Notes: generated by a model from the letters alone, not told the origin. 64,000 bases of DNA from Bugula neritina (GCA_964035545.1 OZ037767.1:24568628-24632627); one strand, 5' to 3'; positions 1 through 14,943 are shown, numbered from the stretch's first letter. Numbers and translations: made by a program.

Positions 1-254
1 TTTCCACACTCAACGTTAAGCAGTTGATTTACAGTAATACTTCGAATAACCTACCCCTCCCCCCCCCCCCCCCGGTTAGAAACTTTGCTCAGCTTATAGT
101 AACTAAAATGTGAGACATTTTCTATTATAGAAACTATATGTTAAAAATAGACTATAGCTATGCTAAAAATAAACTACAGTGATGAGATGACTATGTTACA
201 ACTATTTTGCAAGTATAAGTTTGACTGAAGTTCATAGATATGTTTATTTATATT

Positions 255-2925
255 TTAAGGAAATTTATAAGAAGCAATAATCTGCACAGCCTTTGAGATA
301 ATAATATATAATATATACATATTCAGCAATATGTTTATAATCTATAGGTAGAGAAGTGCATGGAGATGGCCTTTGAGCCAAAGCAACATATTTTATATAT
401 CATGTGGAGTAACATATACAATAATGAATAATATTTAATGCTTACAGAAATTGTGATTGACAATGATTTCTTTTTTTCTGGCATATGAGCAAGAGTCTTG
501 ATTACTTGTGGTTGTTCAGGAATCTGATCATGAACTTTCTTTATCCAACACCTGCAAATTGCATACTATACTCTCAATCATACACACAGCAGATGGTACA
601 ATTTAGGTTTTAACATTCTCATATAGCCAGCTGTAATCCTGCATGGGTAATCACTACACAACTTAGATTTTAATATATTCCATGAGTCACGTATGAACTT
701 TCACTTGCGTCGATAATTGTTAAATTTAACTAACCCTAAAACAGCTAACAGTGTTCCACAAATTTTTACTTAGTTACAGAGTATACAATAACAATCGTAT
801 TAACAAATAGATTTACATGTAAGGTTGCCCCACAGTACTAGTCAAACAATTCATTACAAAATTACATAGACATTTTTACCAGGTGGCGTCATGTAGATCT
901 AAATTCTTACAATATCTCTACTAGTGTAATAACTGGCATAACACATGCACAAAAGTTTCCTAATTATACAAGCCTTTTATGGCTAATGCAAGATAGCACA
1001 ACTCTGAAAAAATGCTTCATTTAAATTAATTGAATCAGATGAGGTAACTTAAAACTTAGCCGTTTTAAAATGTTAAACAAGAATGTAATGCCAATCTCCT
1101 AAACTCTAAAGTAGTGAACACTAACCCAAAAGTCAAACACAATTGAATATACCTCAAGATGGTAACCCAATCCCTTCCATTGTTCAAAGCAAGCCGGTGA
1201 ACACTTCGTTCTCTGCAAATATTGCCCTTCTGGACAGGCAGTGTTACAGATTCACACGATAGTAGAAGATAACTCCTGTTTACTGAAAGCCAGGAGTTTG
1301 CCTTTTCTATCAATTCTCTGTTGGAATTAAAACATACAATCATGGCAATTAAAATGGCATTAAAATGTGTCTGTGCACCATTGCTGAGTAGACACTTTTT
1401 TACAAGACAAAATTAAACCAGCAAAAATACCTCTGCAAGTTTTATTGCTCAATTTGTAAATCTTGTTACCTATTCTGATCATCATTATAACAACATACTT
1501 TTATTCAAAATTATTGTATATTGTTGCCAATTGAAAATAATAGTTGAATGTGACATAACACTGTTCATTATAACTTCTTATTATCACCATGACCTGACTT
1601 GAACCCAAAAGCCCATGGAGAGAAAAAGAAAAGCAGTGTTTAAACTTGATAAAGAAAAAATATTTCTTTGTTAACTAGCATTATCAAAATTTTTGTTCTT
1701 TAAAATCTATTATGTGATACAAAAACAGATAATCATTTCTTTTAGTATACACAATACAGAGAGACTTTTAGCTTGCTTACGGATACTTGCTGTTAAGTCC
1801 ATCAGGGCAAAAGTCCACATAAGTATATATTGGATGTGATTGAGTGCTGAATGAACCTTGTGCAGCTTGGACTCCAGAAAAAACCTGCGATAATTGAAAA
1901 TAAAAGTTGAAAAAAGTTACAATGTAAAATGTTATATCATTGAATGTAAACTTAGAGATTTAAGCAAACTGTTTAACTGTACTTATAATTTTCATCTACT
2001 TTAAATTTTTAAATATTTTTTTGTACACTGTAATCTGAATTCTGAAGCATGGGCTGCAATGTAGGACTTATATATGAAAATACTATTTATAAAATAAATA
2101 TTAATTATACCGCATAACCTGTATAAAAATAATAAAACTGAAAGCATTATACACATATGAAAGGCATACCTTCTTGCAGTTAAATTAAAAAAATATTTTA
2201 AAATATTGTTGACCCATTTTGAAATAGGTAGGCATGAGGGCTTGACAAAGAAATTCATATCAAAAATTATCTGAAAGATTTTAACAACCAATATAATTTT
2301 TAGCAAAAGTATAATGTTAACATAATCAATTTGTACAACACTGCATTTAATAATTTTCCAATTAAAGCAACTTGAACTGCCAAAAACTAAGTTACAAATG
2401 TAAATACAACTTTTTCTATAACACCACATCATACAAAAAGAGCCGTCTTATCTTGATCACATTGTCTGAGTCCTTGTTGATAATTTTTATGCAAATCTAG
2501 AATTTATCAAACTTGGTATTGTGGTACATTTGCATTTTAAATCCATGTCTTTTGGTTTGACACAATGCTAGTAGTAGTACTAGTAGTAGTAGTAGTAGTA
2601 CTAGTAGTAGGAGAATGGTGCTGCTTTTACACGGTTTAGTTTCAGTTTGTATAAAATTACATTAGTTTAATAGACAAATACAATCAACTTAAAATCTTAA
2701 TTGCCTAACTAATATAAGACCAAGTTTCGGTAAAAGAATATCAGAATGACAAATGATGATATTGATTGTCATAGTCATAGTGATCAATGATCATCAACTC
2801 AAGTTGAACTTGATGCGTAGACGACTCACTTCATTATACGATGGTGGTGGAGGCAACGGAAAATTGAAAGTATCACCATTGTGGTGACTAACTTCTACAT
2901 CGCAAGTTATTTCACTTTTCTCCAT
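255..2925 (-). CDS. Small multi-exon protein of unknown function with a PPxY motif (about 130 aa)
   Basis: Hand-spliced phase-consistent exons 2925-2830 (MEKSEIT...FPLPPPPSYNE|gtgagt), 1884-1781, 1212-1153, 551-446 and a tentative last exon 281-255, all GT-AG. No family recognised; the 3' end is uncertain. Confidence 0.55.
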
Positions 2926-3359
2926 AATTGCAAATTGTATTGCATAGTATTAGGCCCTACTAATTTTATTTAAACAAGAATAATGTTTATTTCTTGTCAA
3001 GGTGATTTGTACATACTGTTTCCGGTATGCATAACAATTTTTTACACCTCTATCTACTATCGTTGTAAATACAAATATTATTACTATAACAAAGGGGCCG
3101 ACACCTGTTTATATTTAGTGCGAAGCTACAATGTTACTTTGAAGAGAAAAATAATTAGAGGAGTCGTTATAAAAACTGAATTAACTCAAATGATTTGCGA
3201 AGGCTCAAAGACTGAGACGATTACATTTGGTTCTACTTTTAGTTTTACACTGCTAATAAGGTTTAAAATGTGCATTTATCATTGTACTTATACGGATGCT
3301 GTATTTTGTTTGATGACAAATTATTGTGGTTGCTATAAAGTTATTTGAAATAGATTCAG

Positions 3360-3700
3360 TTATTATTAATATTATAAACAATAATAAACTGTATTAATAA
3401 TAATAATTATATCAAATTCAATATGAATATCATAATCAAATTCAATAGCAATGTGAATATGAATATCGAAGTTGAATTGAAAATTGAAATGCAATGGTAA
3501 TCTAAATCATTATCAATACCATAGTGATTGTCATAATCATGATAGTTGAGTGATACTGATAATCATAATAATATTCAAACTCTTGTTCATATTCATATTG
3601 ATATTCATATTGTAATTGAATTGATAAATAATTTATTATAATTATGATAATGATACTCATAATGATAATGTTAAAACTTAATGTTATTAAAAAAAATAAA
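3360..3700. repeat. Degenerate AT-rich tri/hexanucleotide low-complexity tract
   Basis: aatatgaatatc/ataatc/attcatattg-type units between the two divergent genes; gives rise to the spurious ORF 3502..3810. Confidence 0.7.
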
Positions 3701-3983
3701 TTACCTTTTGATTTAGTGCGGCTATAAGTATAAGTATATTCAAGACAGTTACAGTGGATTTTTAACTTGAACTGGTACTCAATTTTAGTCCAAGTTTGCA
3801 TTTCAGTCATTTAATCAAAGTGATAGGGTTAATAAATAGTTGAGGTTAAATTTAAATTGTTCTTAATTTTTCTCAATGAGTTTTGTAAGTTGAGTAAGTT
3901 GGTGGTTTTTTGTCATTACCCAATGTATTTGTTTTAGTTTTATTGTAGAGTTGCAAATAATAGTCGACAAATAAATAAAGAGC

Positions 3984-6900
3984 ATGACCAGTGAGTCAGG
4001 TACCACCAACTGCTTGTTAGATTACATATTTCATAAGGAATATCAGCATGTCAATGGAATACTTCGCCGGAAACATCGCCAGTTTGGTTGCGACCAACAA
4101 ATTTGTAACAGCAGGTAAGTCTGTATTTTGTAAGATTTACTTTGGGAAAACTCCCAGCCTTTTTTTAATTTATCGCATTTAAGTTTTCGAAATAATTATA
4201 TGATTTTTCATATAAATAAGCTGGAAAGATGCTTATTAGGTTTTGTATACATGTATGTTTGCAGAAACTAAATGCAGCTAATCTATATCTTATAACTTGC
4301 CGTAGCTATAAGAATGGTCATAGTTTCAGTTATTTATTGTCAGTGTTATCTTAATAATATCACAGATCTCTTAAATCTGAAAGACTATTACTGTCAGCTA
4401 TTACCGGCAGCAATAATTTTTTAATTGGCCTGTTGTGGTCAGTTTGAAAATAATTGGTTTGTTTGAAAATTTGCTACGTAAGTCATGTGTCTTATTCTAA
4501 ATGCTAATGTGCAAAATAATCTTTAAAATTAAAATGGGGCCAAGATCAAAGCCTCTGCCACTTTTTGCATATATTGTCTTTTATTTAGAAGTATTACCAG
4601 CATGGAGTCTTGTGTCAAGCTAGTCATGGAAAATAAAGCAGCTAACAAAGGGATGATAGAGAAGGTATCTAATGTCTGATAAATGAGTATTTTACTGTTT
4701 TTAGAATATTGAGAAATGGTTTAAATGTAGTTGCATCATTGTTTTTTATACTTATAGCTGAGTTAAACTTACATTGTATCTACTTTTATGTGTTACTTGA
4801 CGTAATTTCATCATATAACAATTCAATAATCACCTTTACTCTGCTTTAGGTCTGTGATTTGAAAAGCCACACAAAGAGTACCTTTATAATAGCTTTCAGC
4901 AGTGATGGGTATGTTCTTTGCAGAGTTGTGATTTACATTAATAGAATCGCCTCGTCTTTTTGCTGATTTATTTCAAAACTTGGAAAAGTTTGTATTATAA
5001 ACACAGCTTTAGGCTCTACTTAGTCTTTTTGTTTAGACGTAAGATGGCCACATCACACGGTGACCACAGTGTCCGGATCATAGACATAGCCTCAGGTCGT
5101 AACTTTCAGACCCTAGTTGGACACACCCGTTCTCCTTGGACAGCAGACTTTCACAAAGTCTACTCAAACGTCTTAGCCACAGGCTGCCTGGCTGGTGAAG
5201 TTCGAATTTGGGATTTAACGGTATGCATCCCCTAAATACAAAGATATCTGTCTAGCCTAGAAGCCTGTTGAAACTGCAACCTATATTAATAATAAAGAAG
5301 TATATAATATGCTTAGCAAGGCTGCTTATTTTCCTCCAAAGCTATTTTCTCTAATAACTTTTCACCATATAGATACTACTACATAAACTGTCCATGGTAG
5401 TTTGTAGAGTATTCTTTTGTTCTTATCTGAATTTTGTACGTATTTTCATTAAAACTAAAACAGCAGAAATTTTTCTAGTTGATTTTTCTTAGTTTATATG
5501 TGTTTATAACTACATGCTAAATAGATGGTGTTTCATGCTAAAACCAGCGCATCTATGTTGCGGTCTCTAAACTTTCTCTTGATTTATTATTATGGCACAG
5601 AATTAAATAAATATGCTACCTTTGTTTTATCTTACAAATTGATTCAGTTAGGTGTGTTAGGTGGAAGTGTAAAATCTTCCATCATTTAGACCTGCATGTT
5701 GAATGTGATTGTAATTGATTTCTTTGAATAGAGTGGGAAATGTGACACATGGCTCTGTGACAATATGGACCCCATCTCCTCGCTAGCTCTCCACCCCTCA
5801 GACAAGATTCTGCTCATAGCTGAGTCGCGAAATATCCATATTTGGAACTGGGAGTTTTCTTCCCAACCCCAACTCTTTGCTTCATCTGCTAAAAGCTTTG
5901 AAACTGTTAAGTGAGTGTTGGGTTTGTTAAAGTGGTTGCAATCATAATCCTAGTCTAGTCATTCCACTTTCTTACTGACATATTTTTTTCTATAAAACAA
6001 ATACCAAGTTTCAGTTAATTTAACCTAACCGGATGCTATTTTATAGCTTCACTTGAAATCTTTGAACATTAATTTTTTAAGAAAAATATATTAATCTTTC
6101 AATTTGAATAAGTTATTCAGTATCAAGAGTAATTGTTGAATGCCGATTTTTAAAAGAGACTAATTATTTCTGTGTAATGAAAAAATCATAAGAAAAAAAA
6201 CTCAATGAAATGATCTTTGAGCAAAATAACGTTTTATCTTGGAATGATGAAGGAATAAGGGCTCCCTTAGTCTTTGCCATATTTGCCATATTTGCCATTG
6301 AAAATTGAGACTCGTAAAGCATTGGTACTTCTGTTTTTATCTTGGCTTTAAGTGTCACATTGAACTGATGAATTCTCTAGATGACAACTTGTATTTATTT
6401 AGTAGTGAATGATATTCTTACATGGCAGTTTGACTGAAATGTGATCAGTTTTGTTGTCAAGTTTATATTGGTGTAAATGTACTGCGCTTGTCTTAGAGTT
6501 GTGTTCTCTTGTAGATGGGTGAAGTTCAATTATAACGGAGACATGTTCTACACTGGTAAAACTGGTCGACCTGAACAAGAGTGAGTTCTTTTAACTTATT
6601 GTTGCACTATGTAGTATGTACACGCAATGTACTTATGCAGTACACACACACAGTGCGTACACAGTTCATGCTTGGTAAAGGTACAGTGCATGTACAGTGC
6701 AAATCGAAGGGCAAAACTTTGTGACTGAAAATAAATTAGAGAAAAGTATGCTTAAGAACTACACCAGGAGAAAAAACAAAGCAAAAATACGTTCTTAAAC
6801 CAGAAGTAAAGGAACAAAAGTGGTAATGAATAAGCACACGTATTAGTTGTTTCAAAAGTGCATTTATGGCTAATTAGCCCAATTCAAGAGAAGCAAGTGT

Positions 6901-9900
6901 GATGTGATGTGTGGTTCTGAGTTCGTCATGTCTGAGTTTTTAATATTTATTTTAAGACAGCTGCGTAAGACTTGATGTTAGATTTTTTTGCACAATATTT
7001 TTATTTTCTGGCCGTGTTGGATGAATGTGTGTTTGTACAGCTGGCAGCCTCCCACGCGTGTTTGTACAGCTGGCAGCCTCCCACGTGTGTTTGTACCAGG
7101 GTGCTGACTGACCCACTTATCTGTGTTACTTGTAGTAGTTTCAACATGCTGAGACAAGCACCGGCTGGTGTGGACGTGAGTCAGCTGAGGAGACAGAGGG
7201 ACACTGCTGCCAGAGCTCGTAGCCAGTATATCGCCAGTTCAAATGCTCCGGTTTCTCTCAGAGAGATGCTTGGCAACCCTCTAGAGATCAGTAATGATCT
7301 GCTAGCACAGCCCAGCCAATCCGAAGACAGCGGCATGGATGTCTACCACGCTGCCACCACCTTCGCTCAGCTCCACCGCGTAGGCTATTCTCATTACATC
7401 AGTATATTATATTCATATCACATCAGTATATTATATTCACATCAGTATATTATATTCATATCACATCAGTATATTATATTCATATCACATCAGTATATTA
7501 TATTCATATCACATCAGTATATTATATTCATATCACATCAGTATATTATATTCATATCACATCAGTATATTATATTCATATCACATCAGTATATTATATT
7601 CATATCAGTATATTATATTCATATCAGTATATTATATTCACAGCAGTATATTATATTCACATCAGTATGTTATATTCATATTCTAATATTCCATGTGGTA
7701 TATTCACAGATACACACAGCTGATGGGATAACTCCAGTTAGTTCTGGTTCGGAATCTAATAGCGCTGAAGCTCCTGCTACTTCAGCTGACACAGTTGAGG
7801 GTGCCGTTGGTAACACCCATTCTCAGGAGCAAGTGGCACAGGTTTCAGATGTATCAGCTACACAAGCAACCAATCAGCTTCCTGTGCCTGTCGACGAAGA
7901 CCTTGACCTGGATGATGTCATAGCCCGAGAGAGGCAGTTTCTCAGTAACTACACACATACAAGGCGCGTCACAGCAGCAACACCAAGCTCTGACCAGAGT
8001 TTACAGAGTCTCTCTGAATCAACTTCCAACAGGATTTCTAGCGGGGCTTCTGCTGGTACTGCGGGGAGTATCAGCGAGCAGTTGGGGACTCAGTCTAGGC
8101 CAGCTGATGACTCAATATTCGGAGTTTCTTTAACTCAAAGGTTGAACAACAGGGGGACAGTGGATATGTCCTCTACCTGTGCCAGACGTCTCGCAGTTTC
8201 CAGGCCGCCTTCTTCAATCCGCATAAATCCAGTCGTAGTGAACATGGTGGAGCCGACTACTGTGGTGGATATTCCGGCACCTTCCGAATCAGAGGATGGG
8301 TTGTCTGCACAGGCTGTGGGGAGAGTTGGTCCTGAGACACACGCTGGTGGGAGGAGTGTTGAGAGGCCACAATGCTCTCTGAATGATGTGGTGAAAGTAT
8401 TGAGTAAACTAGAGGGGATAAGAGGTTAGTGTGAACTGCTGCTTAGCTTATGTAAGTAAACCTAAGATGAGGCACGCTGCAACCTTACTTAAATTTTGGA
8501 TTTCATTAAGGGTTTTCCTGTCTAAAAATCAGTTCATATCTCAACTAAACTAATATAATAAATTGAAAAAGCATATTTAATTGTATTACAGTTTACTGTA
8601 TAACGCTGGTAAAACACTGACTATTCATAAATTTTATCGTAGACTATATAATTTTAGCAACACGTAATAGTGTGAAACTCTGCTCTGTTTGAAATTTAGA
8701 GCTTAGCCACTACTTTCTAGACCAAATACAGACAGTATAGCTTCTGTTTTACTCAGGAAAATGTGCAGTGATTACATACATTCATATTGTAAAAGTGTTT
8801 TGTGCTGTAAGCAGTTGTTCTAGAATTAAGTGTACCACTGTATGGATTACATGTTATTCTGGCGGCGTTGCAGGTCCCAGGCGATACCATAGCTCTCTGG
8901 AGGACGTTTTAACCAGACTGGAGTCTCTCCCGGAGGTCACGCATTCTCACCAGAGATATTCAGTGGAGGTTACCCGTCACAGGTGTGTGCTCTTCTACAT
9001 ATAGCAATATCTAGACACGGTAAGTAGTGAGAGTTACCCTCTCATCTAGACCATCGCTTTGTTGGCATCCCCTTATCAAACGTAATTTCATGTGACTCAA
9101 AATTCTTGAAATTGGCTCATCGTGATTCGCTGATCAACTTAGTTGTTGTCAGCATGAATAGCGTATGAGTTGTGTCCACAGATTGCTGCTGCAGCAAGTA
9201 AACTGCCTCAGATCCTACCAGAGAAGAATGTGGGGTGTTTCTAATGAGAGTAGAACTCGGCTAAGGAATTTAATAGAGTCTATCAGCGCGTACTGTACAC
9301 GGCAAGCTGTGGCAGGGTAAGTGCATTCAGTACATCTGTACTCAGATTCATTGCTGTCAATACTTTAGTAAATTTACTGAGATAACCGTAATCTAAACCA
9401 ACTGTTGAGCTACATTAGAATTTGCTGGTAAAAGTCTGGTCACGTTTATTTCTCAACAATAATTACAGGTTTGATTTGCCTAGTGCCCTCACCCCGTCAA
9501 CCCCCTTACAGGGGGTCACTGTTTCTTCACAGACTACTTACTCAGGTAAAACTCCTTCATACATCTTGAGCTATCAGCCTTAGCACACACGTGTTTTAGT
9601 CAATTCCTTAATGTTATACTATATTTATACACAAAAGTTATTATTTATAGAAATAATGTAGCATGTTTCACTTTTAGAAACTTATCATTTTATCTCTCAC
9701 CTATTCCGGTAGCGGGTGAAGTTTGTTATTCCATTGTCTGGTATAAATAGTCCCTATTCATCTAGTGTCAGTTATCACATTAGAATAGAATGTATTTCTT
9801 TCTTGCGACTGCATTTGATTACGTGTAATGTGTTCTAGATTCTTCTACTAACACGGAGAGACCTGCCCGCCGATCACTCGGGGTGAGCACAGATGAGTCA

Positions 9901-12900
9901 CTGCTGGATTCTCACCCTCGCAGATCTCGGTCCTCCTCCGTCTTGCTCTCTGGTGTTGGATTGTGGGAAGGTAATGGCTGTGCATGTACAATGTTGTAAA
10001 GTGATCCCCTAGAACCATCGGTTATAAGCATATTGTGGCAGTGTAGTGACTTATTTTGAAATTCGGTAATGCAGTAACTTTCATAGTTGTGAAGGTACAG
10101 CTTTGCTCCATTGGCTGTACATGCTACTCAGTTGAATATAGACCATTCAATCAAGTAACAGCAGAATTCTGATAAATTAAAGTATTTTTATAGGAAAATT
10201 ATTTTTAAGTGAACCAACTTATGTGCACGTGCATACCCACTCACTTTGGTAATGTTAATTCATTGGTTGTCATAACCTTAAACTGTTAGTGTTTACTGAT
10301 AGGTTCTTTCTAGCTTACATGGTGTCTTACTGCCGGCAGCAACACATCTCTTTCTGGCAGCATTCAAATGGCATCTGACCTTCACACAGAATATTCAGCT
10401 AGCAAATAACTTGCTCACAGTACTCTGTTCAAATGCACATGTGTCATATCATAACCAAGTCACATGTCACAGCATAACATAGTCACATGTGTCACATTAT
10501 AATCAAGTCACATGTGTCATACCATAACCAAGTCACATGTGTCATACCATAACCAAGTCACATGTCACAGCATAACCAAGTCACATGTGTCATACCATAA
10601 CCAAGTCACATGTGTCATACCATAACCAAGTCACATGTGTCAAATCATAACCAAGTCACATTATTCTATTTTCTCAGAGGATAGGCTGTCACGCCCGATC
10701 GACCTTCCGATAATCCGACACTACCCCAGGCCTCGACATTGTAAGTTTTGTTCTCTTTTACCTGTGTATCTGCTCAATTCTCACATCATGTTGATGACAT
10801 CACCAATTATCTGTTGTCAATGTGCAAGTTGTGTTGGTTTAACCCTTAAAAACAATTTGTTTGTAAATACTAGTTTAAGTTTGTTAGACTTGGTAATCTA
10901 TTACAATGGTGACTATCAACACTATTGCTGCTGTGGATTGTTAGGCAGCGGCCATCTTTGTTCTGCAGATCAATTACAGACGAGCCGGCATCAGCAGGTT
11001 CAAAGATGGCGTCTGGATGATGAAGTGAAAGACCTCAGCGATGAGAGTAATGTTATAATCAGACGGTGCAAGGTGCTTTTATACACTGCATTTCCATTAT
11101 TCTAATGTAATCCAGTTTGGAAACAGTTACATTGAATGAAACTACAACCATAAGTTCATGCAAGCTACAAATCGTAATTAATCAACAGGAGCACCCATTC
11201 TGCACAGTCATGGAAACGCAGTGATGCACTTTTTTGTGTTTGCGAGTTTGATTCAGGAGAACACAACTACTTTACTTTATCCCAGTAAAATCAGCATTCG
11301 GTTAGCATTAACTATGTACTGTCATAGTTTCCCAAGTTTAGTGGGCAAGCAGAAAAAGACCAGAATGGGAAAATTAAAAGCTCAAAATTAACAATTCACC
11401 AAAGGTTCTGTTATAAATATTTAATGAGACTTTTTCTGTAAGCAGTAGCTTCATAGACAAGTCCAAGAACCACTAGTTGTTCATGTATAGATTAAATATT
11501 ACATCAGCAAACTGTTGCAGTGCATCACACTTTCTATAACCTAGTTTGGGCCTTAAGAATAACCAATTCTCTCTTGTGAGTATCTTGCGACCATAAGAAT
11601 ATAAAAGGTTATCCTGTTACTGATTAACTGAAACCATCATAGCTATCATTTGTCCTCTAAATCACTGGCTTACACATCATTCTCTTTAGTAATTACTGTA
11701 TTTTTACCACATAGGGACCTCCAACCCTACTATTACCATACATGTACATTGTTAGGTCATTATGTAACTGTTAGCATCAGCAAATTATCTAATTCTAGTC
11801 AAGTATTAACCTTGCATTGCTCTACAGTTTCTGATGCAATGCCTTCTATGAGGTCACTGGTCTCTCACCTCTGTTAGGTAACTGTTACTAATCCAAGGAC
11901 ATCGCTGGCTGCAGTATTTCATTGTACTCAGATCTTGAGCTGATCTCTGTAGCGCAGCATAGCCCTATGTGCACTCAAGCATGTTGGTTATGTTAACAGA
12001 TTCATAATGACGCCAGCATAGATATCTCACAAGATGGCACCATCCTGGCACTGCTTGTGGTGAACCCTAATACGGCCAGTTGTCCGGGAATACACAGCGG
12101 TACTCTCCCTGATACTATGCTGCGCCTCATTTCTCTTCGTGAGGAGACTCTGGGAGATGTCCTTCACCAGCTAGCCTTAGGTACTGTTTATAGGAGCATA
12201 TGTAATGTGTACACTTCGTACAGTTTCAAATACTAGCTTTAGGTCTTACTACTCTCTTGAGAAATAGTGTTAGAAAATGGCAGTACAATGCGTGCTATCT
12301 GTGAACGTGCTCACTGTAGAGTTTGTGTAGCTGATCTTCACTAGCTTGAGACTTCATGTAAATTTGTTTTGTTTAGTTGCGAACCCCGTCTCCTTGAGCC
12401 TGTCCCCCCTCAACAGCTATATTATAGTTGGACTCTCAGGCTCCACCAACAACATTGACCACCCTATGATCAAATATGACATCTACAAGATTCCCCCTCA
12501 ACCTGGCCAAAAGCTGAAGGTCAGTTTATATAAACTCCTCTTATGATTTATGTATATAATAAATGAAAGTGCTATTTAATATAATGCTTTTGTTAGCAGA
12601 CAATTCAGTGTATTCCAATATTCCTACTCAATCAGCTCCTATTTGTAGTGCTTAGCCTAGGCCAGTTTAGCTTTTTTCTCAGCCTTTGAAACCTGAAGAC
12701 TTTCCTGCATTTTATGTATAGTAAATAATAATTTAGATATTTATTAAAATTTTAATTAATGGAAATTATCAATTCTGTTCTCCCATTACATGCTGTGCAG
12801 TATAGAGTGCGGAACAATTAGAACGGTGTTTTAATGTTGTAATGCAGATGTGTAGATCAGTATTCACCACAAAGAACGATTCACCGATGGCTAAAGTGAA

Positions 12901-13021
12901 CTGTGTAAGATGGCTGCCAATGTCTGGCCAGGGACTAGTTATTGGCACCAATCAAGGTCATGTGATTGTCAACCATAGCATCAGTTCCAACACTTCAACA
13001 CTTAACGATGCGCTCTGTTGA
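3984..13021 (+). CDS. AMBRA1: AMBRA1-like protein (split WD40 propeller, DCAF3 / autophagy regulator), multi-exon
   Basis: N-terminal exons give STFIIAFSSDG..MATSHGDHSVRIID..LVGHTRSPWTADFH..LATGCLAGEVRIWDL..ISSLALHP..IHIWNW. After a long Ser/Ala-rich disordered middle, C-terminal exons give NVIIRRCK|IHNDASIDISQDG, NPVSLSLSPLNSYIIVGL and VNCVRWLPMSGQGLVIGTNQG. These match AMBRA1 motifs as I recall them. ATG 3984, TGA 13019-13021. Confidence 0.9.
7027..7098. repeat. Short tandem duplication, about 29-bp unit x2.4 (intronic)
   Basis: gtgtttgtacagctggcagcctcccac repeated directly. Confidence 0.85.
7396..7680. repeat. Minisatellite, 24-bp unit (atcagtatattatattcatatcac), inside AMBRA1 intron 7380-7709
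   Basis: Directly visible tandem units with some shorter variants; translates as (SHQYIIFI)n in ORF 6972..8429. Confidence 0.95.
10436..10661. repeat. Minisatellite, 23-25-bp unit (cataaccaagtcacatgtgtcatac), intronic
   Basis: About 9 tandem units ending just before the acceptor at ~10677. Confidence 0.93.
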
Positions 13022-14383
13022 GAGTATTGTACCAGAAGGTGACTGGAGAAACGTCATTTTCAGCTAAAATATTAACAAGCTTGGACTTTAACCGACAGCT
13101 GCTATCAGTGCCTGATTGTTTTATACAAGAGTATTATAACTCATAGTTAACCTACACTCATATAGTAACTATAAGTTGCCCAAATAGTCTTTGGTTATTT
13201 TAAAATAACCTTGTGTTATGAGAAATCTCTATCAAGTATGTGTCTGGGTCATTTAGCTAGTCCAGGCTATGTATTTCTCTTCACTTTAACGTAGAGGTCA
13301 TACTTGGCTACTGATACTCAGCCCTCTGCTTGTACACTGTGTATATAGTATATGTAATATATTGTATATCTGCTCGTCTTGCCAAATCTGTATTATATTA
13401 TTTCTTGAAAAAGAAACTAGTCAATTCTTACCAGTTTATAAAATAATTTCAGTTTTTAAATTATACATAAGGTATTTATATAGCTGCTTATACTTGTGTT
13501 ATCCTTGTATATTCTTAAACTTTTGCTTTTTTATTGCAATGTTTATTTTAACATGCCATCTCATTACCATAAATATATAATTTTGTGCTCTTTCTTTAAA
13601 TGCCAAATCTCCTCTATTCTTTGTGCTATAAATAACAGCAATAATGTTATGTCATAAAAATTGCATCCGTACGCTTCCACTATGTCATGAACCGACATAT
13701 TCTTACATTAAAAGACAATTTTTATACTTTACTACTCTATGAATATTTTTTAACAAACAAGAACCAGTATTTGTAAAAAACTTTGTAATTGGAATTTTAT
13801 GTTGAATTGAAAACGTATTTTCGGATGATTGTAAAACTAGTACCAGTTATATTCCATTACTTTATTTCTTTCAGATAATATTCCGCAAACAAACTTTACA
13901 ATTGTTATATGTAGTTATTTAATAAGTGTATTCATAAATACATATTGTGGGTTTCATAAAAAATAGACAACATTTTCAAAAGCTTTTCAACAAGATTATA
14001 AATATTGCAAACACATTTTGTTAAATGTTGTATGAAAAAAGCTCTCAATTTATGGAGGTCATTTGTACAATATTACTCACATAGTTGAAAATAGTATCTA
14101 TTGTTATCAGATATATGGATGAAAATAATTGAAATGGCCAGCTAATACCAGTGACCTAATGGGACTTCCTGAAGTATCAAGCTTTTAACACAAACAGTTT
14201 TAGTGGAAAAATTGTAATTTTTAGGGACCAGGGTTATGGTGTCCCAAACCAACTTTCTCTTTCATTAGCAAGTCTAAGGCTTTTAATACTGTGTCATTAG
14301 GTGAGCTACCAGCTGTACTCAGTTACATCATTACATTTGATTATGCATGTTACTTATTGCACTGAAACCTACTACATAATTTA

Positions 14384-14866
14384 AGCCCTGGCCACACGAT
14401 CGTGAGAATCACACGAAACTCGTGTGACGATTATTCGTGAGTTATCTTTTCGTATTGACCAGCCACATGATCGTTTAAACGAAAAGTCATTATGCCGAGA
14501 TTGGTACCGCAAGTTTATATAAGTTATAAAGGAAAAATTTTGCCATTTTTGTTATTTTTTTGGTATTTTATGTGTACATTTTTTTAGTTTTGTTTATTGG
14601 TAAAGTTTTTAAAAACATTTTTTATGCTTATAAAATTAAAAAAAAAATTTAAAACTCACTCATGCACGTAAATACAAAGCTATAAAGTTTAAGCTTCGCT
14701 GTGATTACCATGTTAATATGAATTGAATAATGCTTGCAATAGCTATTTTACGAAAAATACTTTACAGTTGCTATAAATGTAAGACTAGTAAATTGGATGC
14801 AAATAGGCATAGTAACACTACTTAATTTATGCTATTTTTGAAATTTGTAGTAATTATTTGGCGTGC

Positions 14867-14943
<77 letters not shown>

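Noticed and set aside
6972-8429. 485-aa ORF as a standalone gene
   Set aside because: It is two AMBRA1 exons plus intronic read-through.
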